A stretch of DNA of 64,000 nucleotides, taken from NCBI RefSeq assembly GCF_006345805.1, contig NC_043000.1:129704001-129768000 (forward strand), in the 5' to 3' direction. Positions 1-12,588 of this stretch are shown here, one piece after another; the stretch's first letter is position 1; each line of letters opens with the position of its first letter. The stretch comes from Octopus sinensis. Its lineage: Eukaryota. The notes beneath the pieces are model-generated. The model did no database searches and was not told where the DNA came from. It saw nothing but the letters and a program-made list of their open reading frames with translations. The position numbers and the translations under genes are program-made.

Positions 1-512
1 GTATGCGTGTGTATGCGTGTGTGTGCGTGTTTGTGCGTGTGTGTGAGACGGTCGGTATTTAATATATTTGTTTTATTTCAACCGTTGATTTGAATACAGT
101 TTATAACCTGCTTCAGGAAAGTTAATAAAGAAAGGAAATAAAATGTGATGAATTCCTTCTCATTGCTATCTTAGTTTATATTCATTGGCGATACGTGCAA
201 GAATGATATCATGTAATAATATTAACAAGCCACTGCTCATAATATCCGCTTTTCCGAAAAGGAACTTATTGATTTCAAGTTCTCTCTTTAGACGCGTTGG
301 TCTGCATATATTGAAAAGGTGATAAATATATAGTTTCATACATATATATATATATATGCATGTACACATAATATATGTAGGCACATCTGTATATGCATTT
401 AGCATATTATGTATATGCATGTATGTAGATAATGAATATGCATGCACATATATGTAAATGAAGCTGTATATAGTATATATTCATATATGTACGTACATAA
501 TATACCGATACA

Positions 513-553
<41 letters not shown>

Positions 554-756
554 CGGATATATGTGATATACGTATATGCATATAATGTATATAAATGATA
601 TATATATACATACTATGTATGTCTGTATAAATACATAAGAATATACAAACAGCTATAAGCAGAAATACACACATGTATTTGGTTATTTTGGGAATAGTCA
701 TTCATAGAAGTAACATCTTCGAATATAAGTCGCCATTTTAAAATCTGTGTATGTAT

Positions 757-818
<62 letters not shown>

Positions 819-916
819 TATATTAAATATATATATATATAAATAATATATATAAATAATATATATATAAATATATATATATATAAATATATATATATAA
901 ATATATATATATATAA

Positions 917-993
<77 letters not shown>

Positions 994-1755
994 GTACGTG
1001 TGTGTGTGGGGTGTATACATATGTGCATATAGTGTAGTTATTCACATACATGGCTATGAGCTTGTATGTGAATTTTAGCTTTTGCGTGCGTAACAGTTGA
1101 TTCACTTTCTTAGCAGGATGACGTTAGATAGATAGCTTCCGCACTGAGGGTTTAATCACCACAGCAAGATGAAATCTCGTTATGGAGTTGCTGAAATATA
1201 TCGTTATTCTAAACCTCTACGGCATATCGCTAGTATTTTCACTGTTTATCACTCAGCTCGCATCCTCTTCGGCTATATTGTTGCCGACGTTTACATTACT
1301 TAATCGTTATTCTCAATCTCTATGATATATTGCTAACATTTACATTGTTTAATGTTGTTCTCTACATTAATGTTGTATATATTACCTGATGATTACACAG
1401 GTTTATCACTATCTTCAGCTTCCATAATGTATTGGTGCAAGCGAACGTTAGCTCTTGATCATCCAATACATATGAAAGATGTTCAATTCTCGGATGAGGC
1501 ATTTAGTCTCAGTTCTTACATCTCTCGATCCCAGCCGTAATTAACACGTTGGAAAAGGATGGGGATGGGTATATGCATCACTAGGTTGACTTGCTCTTAA
1601 TAACCCCTATGAACGCAATGTTATTTAGAGACACCCAACTTTCTTTCGCAGCCATAGTTTCATAACACGGTGAGCTGGCTGGCAGAGCCGTTAGTGCACC
1701 GGACAAAATGCCGTTAAGCATTTTGTCCGTATTTACGTTCTGAATCGAAAAATAT

Positions 1756-1864
1756 ATAAAACTTAGTGCGCATGTACAACACAGTTCAAAGTCAATCTGT
1801 ACCAAGCGGCTTCACTGCATTCTTTAGCTTCGTTACCATGGCAAATTATTGATCAGACCACGTA
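1756..1864 (-). mobile_element. Mariner 5'-end/TIR fragment
   Basis: Reverse complement (ta cgtggtctgatcaataa...gtaacgaagctaaag...gtgaagccgcttggtacagattgac...catgcgcactaa) aligns with the left end of the mariner at 61874 and ends in TA. Confidence 0.75.
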
Positions 1865-2072
1865 TAAATGTATATATATACATAAATATTTTCTGTTGGT
1901 CGAATAAATCTCTTACTACTCAGTGTTATTGTGATGGAGTAAGTAAGAAAGCAGAGTGAACGGAATGACCTTAGCGAATCAAGAATAAAAGACACAATAA
2001 GGCCTGGCAAGATTTCATCAAACGGACATAAAAAATACTACTGATGTTTATATATATATATACATACACATA

Positions 2073-2114
<42 letters not shown>

Positions 2115-2124
2115 CACATATGTC

Positions 2125-2166
<42 letters not shown>

Positions 2167-3012
2167 AGATATATGCCCTCTCTCTATCTCTCTCACACAC
2201 ACACAATAACAGTTTGGCTCGGTTCTAAATGATAAAGTTTTGTGGGCCTGTAGAACACGTACAGATGTTAGGAAAATGAACGTGTCCAATGCGCCAACGA
2301 AAGTGTTAGTCATTTGGAGATGAATCAACTGCTTTCTAAAATATATGTAACTCCTACTTAATGTATTGAATGCTACTTTCTTTCAATTTTGTTCACTCAG
2401 TCGCGTACACCCCCACATTACCTATAGTCACTAAATCAATACACTATCATACTGTGGAGTGTTGTACAAATATAGTCACATATGAAGTGGTCACTGTGTT
2501 AGACATTCGTTTGATTCAGTTAATCTCATTGGAAAATAAGTGAAATGATTTCTTATGACACATGAAAACCAGTTGTTATTAGGAATCAAGTGCAGTAGCA
2601 GAGGATCTTTGCGATAAGAGAATGCATTTCATATATATATATAATATAGATAGATAAATAATTGGCAGTGCCCTTTGATCGCCGGATTGGACCTTTGCCT
2701 TTTACGATTTTATTATTTAAACTTTCTTTGATCGTCGGATTTGACAAACTTTCTGTAATGACAGTTCCATGCCCACAGACGTCAGGTGTCTATTTATCAT
2801 TTCTTGATCGATAAATAAAATACTAGTCAAGTACTGTAGTCGATTCCTTCCCGTCTCCAAATTTTTCTTTCTGTCTGTCTCTTTCTCTCCTGGAAGAATT
2901 CGACTGTGGTTAAACCTAGAGAGAGATGGGTTCTGCCAACTCTAAGGTACCTGTATCTTTGATGTCATGATGGAACCCCATGATTCCAAGAATTTAAGAG
3001 ATCACGATATGG

Positions 3013-3060
<48 letters not shown>

Positions 3061-3501
3061 TCAACGCATAATTACAAAAGAGCAGTTTTATGAGTATCCC
3101 TTGCCATTTGTGTATTAAATTGATATTTATCGCTCACTGGATGGAGTACATTTTTTGTTGATTCTGCCTATACTGTCTGACTCTCTCTTTATATATATAG
3201 TGCCTACCTAGCTATCAAGCTATGTAGACGGACACGTATGCATATATATATATATATTATTCATACAATTTTTAAGATTTACAGATCTGCACCTTTGATC
3301 TGTTTTTCAGAGCCACCGAAGCTGGTGGGTGGAAAGAACGAAGCAACTTTTAAGATGGACTCCTAATCCGAATGTTTTCAGATTGTGCTAGTGCTCAGAT
3401 TGATCAATCAAGTATTCTACCCTGGAATTGAGACCTTGGCTCTGGACAGCTTCTCTTCCATACAGTTTCACTCACCAAGCTTTCGTCGATTTGAAACTGT
3501 A

Positions 3502-3543
<42 letters not shown>

Positions 3544-4829
3544 TGTGACACGCAGTGGGATTGAACCAAAAATTATATAGTTGTGAAGCAAGCTTCCTTA
3601 CCACATAGTGAAGCCTGCTTCCTGGCATTTATATAGGATAATATATTCATAAGTCTACGAACAATAACACCACATACGCAAATACATAAATAATATATAA
3701 TATATATACCTATGAATATTTTATGCCTATATTTGCCATAATATTCTTATTTATATGCAGTTAAATGCATCATATTCATGCATATGCTTTTATATTTTGA
3801 TACTTATACATACATATCTATCTCTCTAAATAATATTGCTTAATATATATATATATGTATACATTCGCTCACTCGTGTATATATATATATATATATATAA
3901 ATAGGATATAGTGAGAGAGAATAGAGAGTGAGAGAGAGAGAGAGAGGAGCCTACATACAAACATTCGTACATTCAGACAGACAACTGTAACATTATCACC
4001 TAAGTAATTCAGTAATTCATGGGTTGCCTAGAAGTCAACGTCGAGTTCATAAAAGAAGTATTTCTTAAAATGACGAGTCAACATCACTAATCTGCAGTCT
4101 ACGTCGTTTGCAAGAAGAGAGCGGTAAGAATATAACAAGAAAAATAAATATATATGGTAGAAAATTAGATAAAACATATGTCTGAGGAAAAAATAAACTA
4201 AATCAAACAAACAAATCATACATCACACTTAAACACGCACGCTCTCGTGTACACATACATACACAAACAGGTATACACATTTTCATACACGAAAGATGGT
4301 GAGAAAAACGAAAAAGAAATGTAAAAGAAAAAATGAAAATGAAGAACGGACTTAAAATGGCGTAGTAATGTAAAGTATGTGATGCATTGAATATAAAAAT
4401 GAAGCACAAACTCTCAATAGTAATATAAAAAAATATGGAAGCTAATAGGGGAAAGAACCTAAATTTCACTAATGTAGTAACAACAGTGAAGTTAGTGTTT
4501 TTTTTAAATAAGAAAAAAGCTTCTATAGATAAAGTAGAGAAAAATGTTTGAAAGTGTTGCAGACGTAATCTGCAAAACTCTCGGCAGTATAATATTTTGC
4601 TAACGAGATTACATGTTGTGTACGGGTTAGGAAATCAATGTATAGCAACCTTAATCCAATCACGAAAGAGTATGTGAAGTAACATTACCATCTAACTTTC
4701 TCTCTCTAGCTCTTCTCTCCTGCTTTCTTCTTTTGCCAACTTGGCAGTTTGAATATCTCTACATCATGGTACCCTTAAGACTATGATCGCTTTGTTATAC
4801 AGTTAATTATTAAAGAATGGTGTATATAC

Positions 4830-5010
4830 AAAAAGATTATTGCTATCAATTATTAAAAAAAAACCCAGAAAGCTAAAGTAGTTTGGTCACATAGTAAGAA
4901 CACAAGGTGTACAGAGACTATTACTTGCGAATGCCCGAGGGGAAGACCGAGAGACATCTGGTTTGATACATCAACTACTGGTATAAACTATGATATGCTG
5001 AATGTATAAG
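4830..5010 (+). mobile_element. RTE-clade LINE 3' relic
   Basis: Broken translation RKLK*FGHIVRTQGVQRLLL ... CPRGRPRDIWFD resembles the RTE ORF C-terminus (GHxxR ... RPRGRP..W). Confidence 0.6.
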
Positions 5011-6667
5011 AATGACAAGAAAAAAAAAGACCCGAGGGGAGATCCTTGATATTCAACCTGCTGAGAGTAGATAACACCAAATGAATGAAAAAGAATGGTG
5101 AATTATTTAGTTCTCTTTTAATTTAGCTCATGTCAATACATCTACATATGTCAATACATATTGTGAGTTTCCCCTGTCGTTTTTGTTCGGTTGGTGATAA
5201 GTTTATCGAGCTTTAGATTAACTCTGCATTACCGATGAGTTCAAATAAGTGCGAAACATATACAGAGTTTTCACGTTTCTATATTTTATTTTACATGACT
5301 TTTCCCATTGATTTAAATTTCAGAATTGTCATCTTTGCCTTTTATGATTATATTATTGAAACTTTCTTAGTTCATGCCATTAAATAGGTTACAAATTAAT
5401 TTACTAATTAACAATTTTACTAAATAAGGGGAATATTTTCCTATTCAGGAAATGAAGAAAAAGATTTATACTCTACTTATTGAAAGCAGTTGCAATGGAA
5501 CTGTCATCGACAAGATCGCAATTCGGCGATGAAAATTTGGAAGTCTCATGAAATAAATTTAAATGTAAAGGAAATTAAGAGTTTTATGTTATTAAATGGC
5601 TCTTTTATGGTGTATTTACTTCACTTTCAACACATGGTCTCATATAAAATCACCTGCTTGAAAAGTTCTATGTTTTATGTTATGTGAAATAGTAATATTT
5701 GTAACTCTTCCAAATATGTTCGAATACACTTGAACGTATAAAGAATAAATAAACAAATTATAGTTTTAAACATAGCTAGATAGAATTTTATAATACTTGA
5801 ATCCGTCCGACAATATATGGTACAAGAAACCTTAAAGCGATAGCTCAGTCTGGTGGAATTGCCAGTTAAATCCAGGCTCTCCAATCACACCTTACACTTT
5901 TCCGAAAAATAATGATAAGAATTATGTAGAACGAGGTACACTTTCGCTTTGATTATACGCTGTTGGAACAGAGAAGGCCTAGATTTAAGTAACCACAATA
6001 GCAATAATTTTAGCACAAGGTCTGTCGCTAAATCAGTAAAGGTAAGATATTTGTCTTCTCTATTGAAGACTGTCCATTGAAATTATGCTTTTAAAGCTGC
6101 TGAGTAAAATCTAGTTCCAAAGTCGTGATTCTTTTTCACTACGAAATCTAGTATTTCATACTTAATCTTTACTGAAGCTTCACTAATGACTGCTCAAACT
6201 CAATTTAGAATTTTATCCTTTCGAGATTAATAGCAACAATAACATATTCTAAAACTTTTAATCTATCTGTTATCCAATAAAGAACTTGTGCTACGTCAGA
6301 AAAAAATCATTTGCAAGCTTTTTGATAGATGTAACTATAACTCCATCTTTTGTAGTACCTCTCCTCCACTAACAACACCAATATTCTTGACATATAATAT
6401 AAGGCATATATGATATAACAACACATTGCACATTTAAAATTTTCACATTCATAGATGCACAAAGAGAGACTAAATAACAAATGAATAACTAAAAAGAAAA
6501 CTATTATAATAAAGCAGTTATAAGTAAAAAAAAGTGCCTTCGAATTTTTGTTCTACAAATGTTTCTATGTGCTATATGTTATACCAGTGGTTCCCAATCT
6601 GGGGTTCGGGGACCACTGGTGGTCCGTAAAGGTAGTACTGGGGATCGGTGATCTAAATTCAAAGTTT

Positions 6668-6701
<34 letters not shown>

Positions 6702-6714
6702 TGTACATGTATAA

Positions 6715-7612
6715 ATGGTCAGAGGGCCTCACGCTCTCAGAAAATGACTCATTGCTAACAAGCACAGGTGGAATCCCTGCTCAACCTCACCTATGCTTTA
6801 TTCATGGAGTAAGTTGTGCTCAGATGAACCAGGGCGAATGACATTTTGAATGTCTGCTTCATACAATATGGACATTGTTCATGATGTGAAAGTGACACCA
6901 ACATTAGTTTCGGATCACAACATTATAGAGCTGTCTATGTATGGACTAAAAGTAGCCAGAGACATACAGCCAAAAGGAAGCACTCAAAATCTCTCCAATC
7001 TGAACTTCCACAAAGCAGACTGGAAATCGATCCAAAAAGAGATCCTCACGAGACAGGACCGGCCTAAATATCTCTCCACACTAGACATTGGCATGAAACA
7101 GAATATTTTGTCTGTTAAGCAAACCATATGCAAGAAATATTTCTCATAGTACAAGGCAAACACAAAAAGGAACAAGATTCCAAGGGAGAGAAAGATCCTC
7201 ATGAGACGTCGGACGAAGGTTGGCAAATCGCTTCAACCAACATTCCAAAAGTAGTGAAAGGTTCCGCCTAAAAACAACACTGAACAACAAAGAACGGGTC
7301 GCCACCGCACAGTATCACAGATCTCAGCAATGGCATCGCACTTCAGGACCAGTTACTGCAACAGCCTGGGTTTCGGGGGCCCAGAGCTTTTTAATATTCT
7401 CCCAAATAGTCTGAGGGAACTACAGAAAGTGGATATAGGTGTTTTCAAATCAAAACTGGATCTCTTCCTTTCGGGAGTCCTAGATGAACCTACCTCAAGG
7501 CAGGGGGTGCAAATGAGGGTAGCGACATCAAAGTCCCTCTTCACCAAATGCCACATATTAGAGGAGGCTCTCAATAATGACAGTGTTGTAAAACAGCGGT
7601 GCCACAGGTATG
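6715..7612 (+). mobile_element. CR1-group LINE relic: APE endonuclease end joined to ORF2 C-terminus, RT missing
   Basis: VKVTPTLVSDHNIIEL and NFHKADW (ORF 6850-7149) followed by GPELFNILPNSLREL...FKSKLDLFLSGVLDEP (ORF 7330-). Stops and frameshifts throughout. Confidence 0.85.
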
Positions 7613-7622
7613 AGCTGTGTGC

Positions 7623-7655
<33 letters not shown>

Positions 7656-7656
<1 letters not shown>

Positions 7657-7917
7657 ATTCAAAGGGCAAGACCACTAGGTAGTCGGCTGTATGCTAGAAA
7701 TAGATCACCTACGATCAAATTACAAAGAATGTTCTCTAGAGGAAAATTCAGCGGACACCTGAATTCTGTTTTTTTTATATAATTTTCATCTGTCTTGCCC
7801 GCCTAATTGTTCTGGTGTCCGCTGAATTTTCCTCTGGAGAACATTCTTTGTAGTTTGAGTGTAGGTGATCTATTTCTAGCATACGGCCGACTACCTAGTG
7901 GTCTTGCCCTTTGAATA
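7656..7917. mobile_element. Foldback/MITE with ~104-bp inverted arms
   Basis: 7656-7759 is the reverse complement of 7814-7917 with 5 mismatches, and both ends read TA. Confidence 0.9.
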
Positions 7918-8024
7918 TACACATGTATTAGAATTTTCTCTGATTTTTCAGATTTTTGTATGCTAGGCTACTGGTTTTAAATTGATGTTAATTAAATTAA
8001 TATTAATTTATCTCCCTCATTATT

Positions 8025-8059
<35 letters not shown>

Positions 8060-8932
8060 CTAAGCATATGAAAAGCGGTCCGTGGAAAAACTCATTTAAA
8101 TAAAAATTGTTGGAAACCACTGTGTTATACTGAAATTTCATCCGACCTATACAACATCTGTATCATCCTACCGATCTGCGCATCTAAGTTTTGATTCTTA
8201 ACGCTCACGTCACTTCGCTCCATCCAAAGTGAAGACAATTAACGTTTACCAATTTAGTTTAATTAACTGAGCCTACGTTGTGTAGTTTCAAAATTGTTGG
8301 ATACAATATATCAAGGACTACATTTACCATTGGGGGAGATTTAACTACTATCTTTAGCAAACCGAATGACGATATAGCAATCCTTCTCATTGGTTCGACT
8401 TGTAACTATATAATACGTATAGGCACTACTTATAAATGTAAGCAGCCGAACTTTCTATATGTAACGAGTTTTACACATACACACATATATTTATCTTTTA
8501 TATATGCTATTTTTTATATATATTATCTATTTTAAATACTTTGCATGTTATATATACCAGTTTTATGTCCATGCTTTTTTTTGTCGTATAAATGCAACAT
8601 GTATATACATACATATTTTATATATCTTACGTACGTTACGATTGCAATTTTAAGTTCTCCCTTTGTGTCTTAGGCCGTGCAAGAAACGCTAAAACCGTGC
8701 ACTGTTACACCAAACTCATCATAACACAACCAAAGGGTATTCGTTTTGGCTGACATGTATTCATCCTTGGATCAATGGTCACCTAATATGATTCACAGTC
8801 AGAAGTATAGTCTGTTACTACTTCATACAATAATAAAAATAACACGAACTCGTACTCATGCAAATGTACACATACACACATATATTTTAGTGTTGCTCAA
8901 ACAGGAAATGATATAAAGTGGTATATACTTAC

Positions 8933-8998
8933 TAATATGAGGAAGTTGAATATGAACATGGAATATTTGAGAAAATTTCCACACCTCGTCAACCCCAT
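8933..8998 (-). CDS. Tetraspanin, first coding exon (MGLTRCGNFLKYSMFIFNFLIL; N-terminal tail and start of TM1)
   Basis: Minus-strand translation from ATG at 8998 (context GAG ATG G) gives 22 codons matching the tetraspanin N-terminal pattern (C..xKYxxFxFNFL). It ends in a phase-0 GTAAGT donor (plus strand acttac 8927-8932), the typical first-intron position of the family. Confidence 0.85.
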
Positions 8999-9059
8999 CT
9001 CGGAATATGAACTCGCCGTGACTGTCGGGTTAATGGTGACGGACTGAATGGAACAGGCT
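8933..9059 (-). other. Complete internal exon (61 nt presumed 5' UTR + 66 nt CDS) of the tetraspanin gene
   Basis: Strong acceptor tatgtttgtttttccttgcag (AG at 9061-9060) and donor GTAAGT. The acceptor implies at least one further upstream exon at higher coordinates. Confidence 0.8.
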
Positions 9060-9329
9060 CTGCAAGGAAAAACAAACATAAATAATACATTTGAATAAGA
9101 GTAGAATATGCAAAAAAATGTAAATAAATACACATTAATGGAAAACAAGTGTAGAAGTAAGATATTGGTTTCAAATTTCGGCACGAGTCCAGCAGATCTG
9201 GGGGAGGATCAAGTCGAATACATCAATACCATTGCTCACCTGGTAAATTTGACTTCGTAAAGTTGAAAGGCAAAGTCAACCCTGACAGAATTTGTCTCTA
9301 AGCATTTTACTTGGAGTGCGAATGATTCT

Positions 9330-9745
9330 TATTTCTTTATTTCCCACAAGGGGCTAAACATAGAGGGGAGAAACAAGGACAGACAAAGGGATTAAGTCGA
9401 TTACATCAACCCCACTGTGTAACTGGTACTTGATTTATTGACCCCGAAAGAATGAAAGGCAAAGTCGACTTCGGACGAATTTGAATTCAGAACGTAACGG
9501 CAGACGAAATACCTATTTCGTTACTACCCACAAGGAGCTACACACAGAGGGGACAAACAAGGACAGACAAACGGATTAAGTCGATTATATCGACCCCAGT
9601 GCGTAACTGGTACTTATTTAATTGACCCCGAAAGGATGAAAGGCAAAGTCGACCTCGGCGGAATTTGAACTCAGAACGTAACGGCAGACGAAATACGGCT
9701 ACGCATTTTGCCCGGTGTGCTAACAATTCTGCCAGCTCGCCGCCT
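9330..9745 (-). mobile_element. tRNA-derived SINE family A (head + two 184-bp units)
   Basis: Head ggcggcgagctggcagaa..ttagc (A box) and gagttcaaattcc (B box). Unit starts at 9330 and 9514. Confidence 0.85.
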
Positions 9746-11100
9746 TCGATAAGCTTTAAATTTGGTTCCAAACTTTAGCGAAAAGTCAGTAAGTTCGAGG
9801 AGGGGATAGGTCGTATATATCGAGAGTTGCACTAAATAGAAGAATATTACATGAGATAGACTGGTGTATTATCAAACAGGTGCAGAGACCGAAGCAAAAA
9901 TGACCTTATTAAACTGCTATGATGCATTCAACATCAACAGTTTGGTATAAAATATTAATTGCAGCTACAGTGAAACGAATCTGCTCTCCAACCCAGGTTT
10001 GATTGTTGTTCGAACGTGTTTCACTTTTCTGATGTTGATAACTACGTTTGAAAATATAATATATGAGCTTTACCATTTCATTCTCACCAGATTCAAGGCT
10101 GACATTAATCTTCTAATGGATATCTGTCATTAAGAATTGTCAAACTGATAATACAGATTTATATTTGATATGTTTGAAATTAATTAGCAGATAATATTTA
10201 ATCATTTTATCAACGGATTCATTTTTGTTAGCTAGGAAGGAGGAAAGCGCTGATAACCCTTTACAGAATCAACGAGAGAGAAGGGAGAGTAGAAGGTATC
10301 CTCAAAATGGAGACGTAGTTCGAATCCTTGCAACAGAATTGACTTTGTTACTGTCACCCAAAGTGCCAGGTGCAGGTGTTAAACCAGTTGATAAGTTGAG
10401 TCTACCACCGAAGTAGGCCGTGACGGGATTTGAACTCAGAACGCAAAAAACCCGCAGCAAACACAAGGCAACTGATTCGATGTTTATACGTTATCGTTAA
10501 CCCACTGCTCTAAATTGGCATATCTTTTTTATCCATTCCTAAAGGATAAAGTTAAAGTTGACCTCAACGGGATTTGAACTCAGGGTGTTCAATAGTGTTG
10601 AAACAATAAGATGAGGCTTCTATCCGACGCTCTAACGAGTCTGTTGATTCGCTATCTACATACTGTTAGAGGGATCTATCTAGGAAGTGAATATTGGCAT
10701 CACAATGTCTTCTATTGCGAAGATACTACAGTAATGCAAGCTGTAATAATATAATCCAAGTTACTTACCGATTACTCGGTGCACAAGAGCAACTTAGGTT
10801 AGTTACTACAAGTTACTATAAGCTAAGGAACATATACATTGTAAGTTTGGTCTCAATAATCTGAAAAGCATTTGGTTCCTTGGTACTGAATTCATGTTAT
10901 GTAATTAGTTATTTTGGCGCAGGTGTTGCTATGTTGTAGGAAGTGTGATTCTCAACCACATGGTCCCGGATACAGTTTGTACCCATATATGCATGTATAT
11001 ATACATATAGATGTAGGTATGTACATATATATATGTGTATAGATGCATATATTTATATATTATTTATATCATTATTATTATTATATATATACATATATAA

Positions 11101-11600
11101 AATACAACATGGGACAAGAGCGCAAAACATCCGGACAATTAGGTGATGCAAAAAGGGACAACAAAACATACAGATAGACATCCAGATCGACAATACAAAG
11201 AAAACTAGGGCGGATCATTCGAAGTTTTCGTCAAATACAAGTTATTCAAATATGCTTCCTCAATTTCATGTGTATTAAGAGTTGTGAGCGCCATGTATAT
11301 ATCAAGTTATGTATGGTCTGGATTGTAATATGTGAATGTGTGTTTAGCTGCGTGCAGGCATCTGGGTAATTGTTCAGTGAATTTGTTTATAATGCGCTCC
11401 TTTGTTAACATTACGGAGTATGACTCCTCTGAGTATAATTGGCATTTGCGGGATATAGTGTTGCAGGGACTCGCGTGTCTAAGTATGGTCCATGTAGGGT
11501 TGTATTTTGTTTTTGCTTCCTTAAACCTCCAAGTAAAATTGGCCAGTGATGTTACGTGTCGTTTAAGGATATTTCAAAAGCTGGCGATGTGGTTGCAGTA
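11101..11600 (-). mobile_element. Penelope-like element 3' relic: GIY-YIG endonuclease C-terminus plus 3' UTR
   Basis: 11600-11307 translates as YCNHIASF*NILKRHVTSLANFTWRFKEAKTKYNPTWTILRHASPCNTISRKCQLYSEESYSVMLTKERIINKFTEQLPRCLHAAKHTFTYYNPDHT*. This fits the PLE endonuclease pattern NH..SF / TSL...W / W.IL..A.P / KC.LC..E / CRH, with one internal stop. Confidence 0.8.
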
Positions 11601-11628
11601 TATATATATATATATATGGGTGTGTGTG

Positions 11629-11737
11629 TTCCGGATTCGGTCCCATTGCGTGACACCTTGGGCAAGTGTCTTCTACTATAATCTCGGGCTGACCAAAGCC
11701 TTGTGAGTGGATTTGGAAGACGGAAAAGAAGCCCGTC

Positions 11738-11822
<85 letters not shown>

Positions 11823-12015
11823 TTGTGTGTCTGTGTTTGTCCCCTCAACATCGCTTGACAACCGATGCTGGTGTGTTTACGCCCTCGTAACTTAGCGGTT
11901 TGGCAAAAGAGACCGATACAATAAGTACTAGGCTTACAAACAGTAAATCAGTCCTGGGGTCGATTTGCTCGACTGAAGGCGGTGCTCGTCCATGGCCACA
12001 GTAAAAAAGTAAAAG
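11629..12015 (+). mobile_element. SINE family B (CORE-like, internal microsatellite), 5'-truncated
   Basis: ccttgggcaagtgtctt CORE-like motif, internal (TA)n(TG)n and 3' ggcggtgct..catggcc tail. Confidence 0.85.
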
Positions 12016-12056
12016 AGTATATATATATGCTATATATGACAGAAACCGAAACAAGC

Positions 12057-12122
<66 letters not shown>

Positions 12123-12588
12123 AATATATATTTATTTTATAGAAGGAGCTTCTACAGGACTAGAACTGTTTCATTCAAAAGAAATCATATATATTTAGCT
12201 CCAAGAAAGTTAGAGGTTGGGATCTAACCCACTAAGGGATAATATCTATCCAATATACTTCTGGTAAAATACCCAATTATTTATACACAAGTGTTTTTTA
12301 TTGCATTGCAATGACATTACCTAGTGTACTAAATGGGTGAAGGTAAAGAGATGTGCTACTATTAGTTTCATGAGCTGAGAACTTCCCAAACTAAGTTTGT
12401 CACAGTCGTCAGGCATAGCCCACACGGCATAACGAAATAGTTTGTTATGCACATGAAGACATGTATTGTGTTTATGAAATATTTATCTTTCACCAGATGC
12501 AGTTCTTGTTTGATGATCTTACCATCATGCAACAGTACATTATATATATATATATATATATATATGTGTATATATGTATATATATATA

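Larger units (their letters stand above)
6585..8122. mobile_element. Non-autonomous hAT (Charlie-like) DNA transposon with nested insertions
   Basis: TIRs cagtggttcccaa (6585) and ttggaaaccactg (ends 8122), with an exact 8-bp TSD tgttatac at 6577-6584 and 8123-8130. Confidence 0.9.

Noticed and set aside
160-302. Possible minus-strand exon RPTRLKRELEINKFLFGKADIMSSGLLILL
   Set aside because: An acceptor is present, but I recognise no family similarity and it does not fit tetraspanin exon 2.
166-1105. ORFs rich in IY/YI, HT and CV repeats here and throughout the window
   Set aside because: Translations of (TA)n, (CA)n and (TG)n microsatellites, not genes.
1141-1190. Minus-strand acceptor followed by QLHNEISSCCGD* (CCG like the tetraspanin EC2 motif)
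   Set aside because: In-frame stop right after CCG, and no intervening tetraspanin exons were found.
1427-1471. Small hairpin (atgtattgg/ccaatacat), pre-miRNA-like
   Set aside because: Too short and irregular for two 22-nt arms, and expected by chance.
2926-2953. MGSANSK myristoylation-like start with a possible donor
   Set aside because: Weak donor, seven codons only, no supporting exons.
3470-3498. 21-nt minus-strand exon candidate (FQIDESL) with GTGAGT donor
   Set aside because: Would interrupt tetraspanin TM1 with a polar peptide, and the acceptor tract is just (TA)n.
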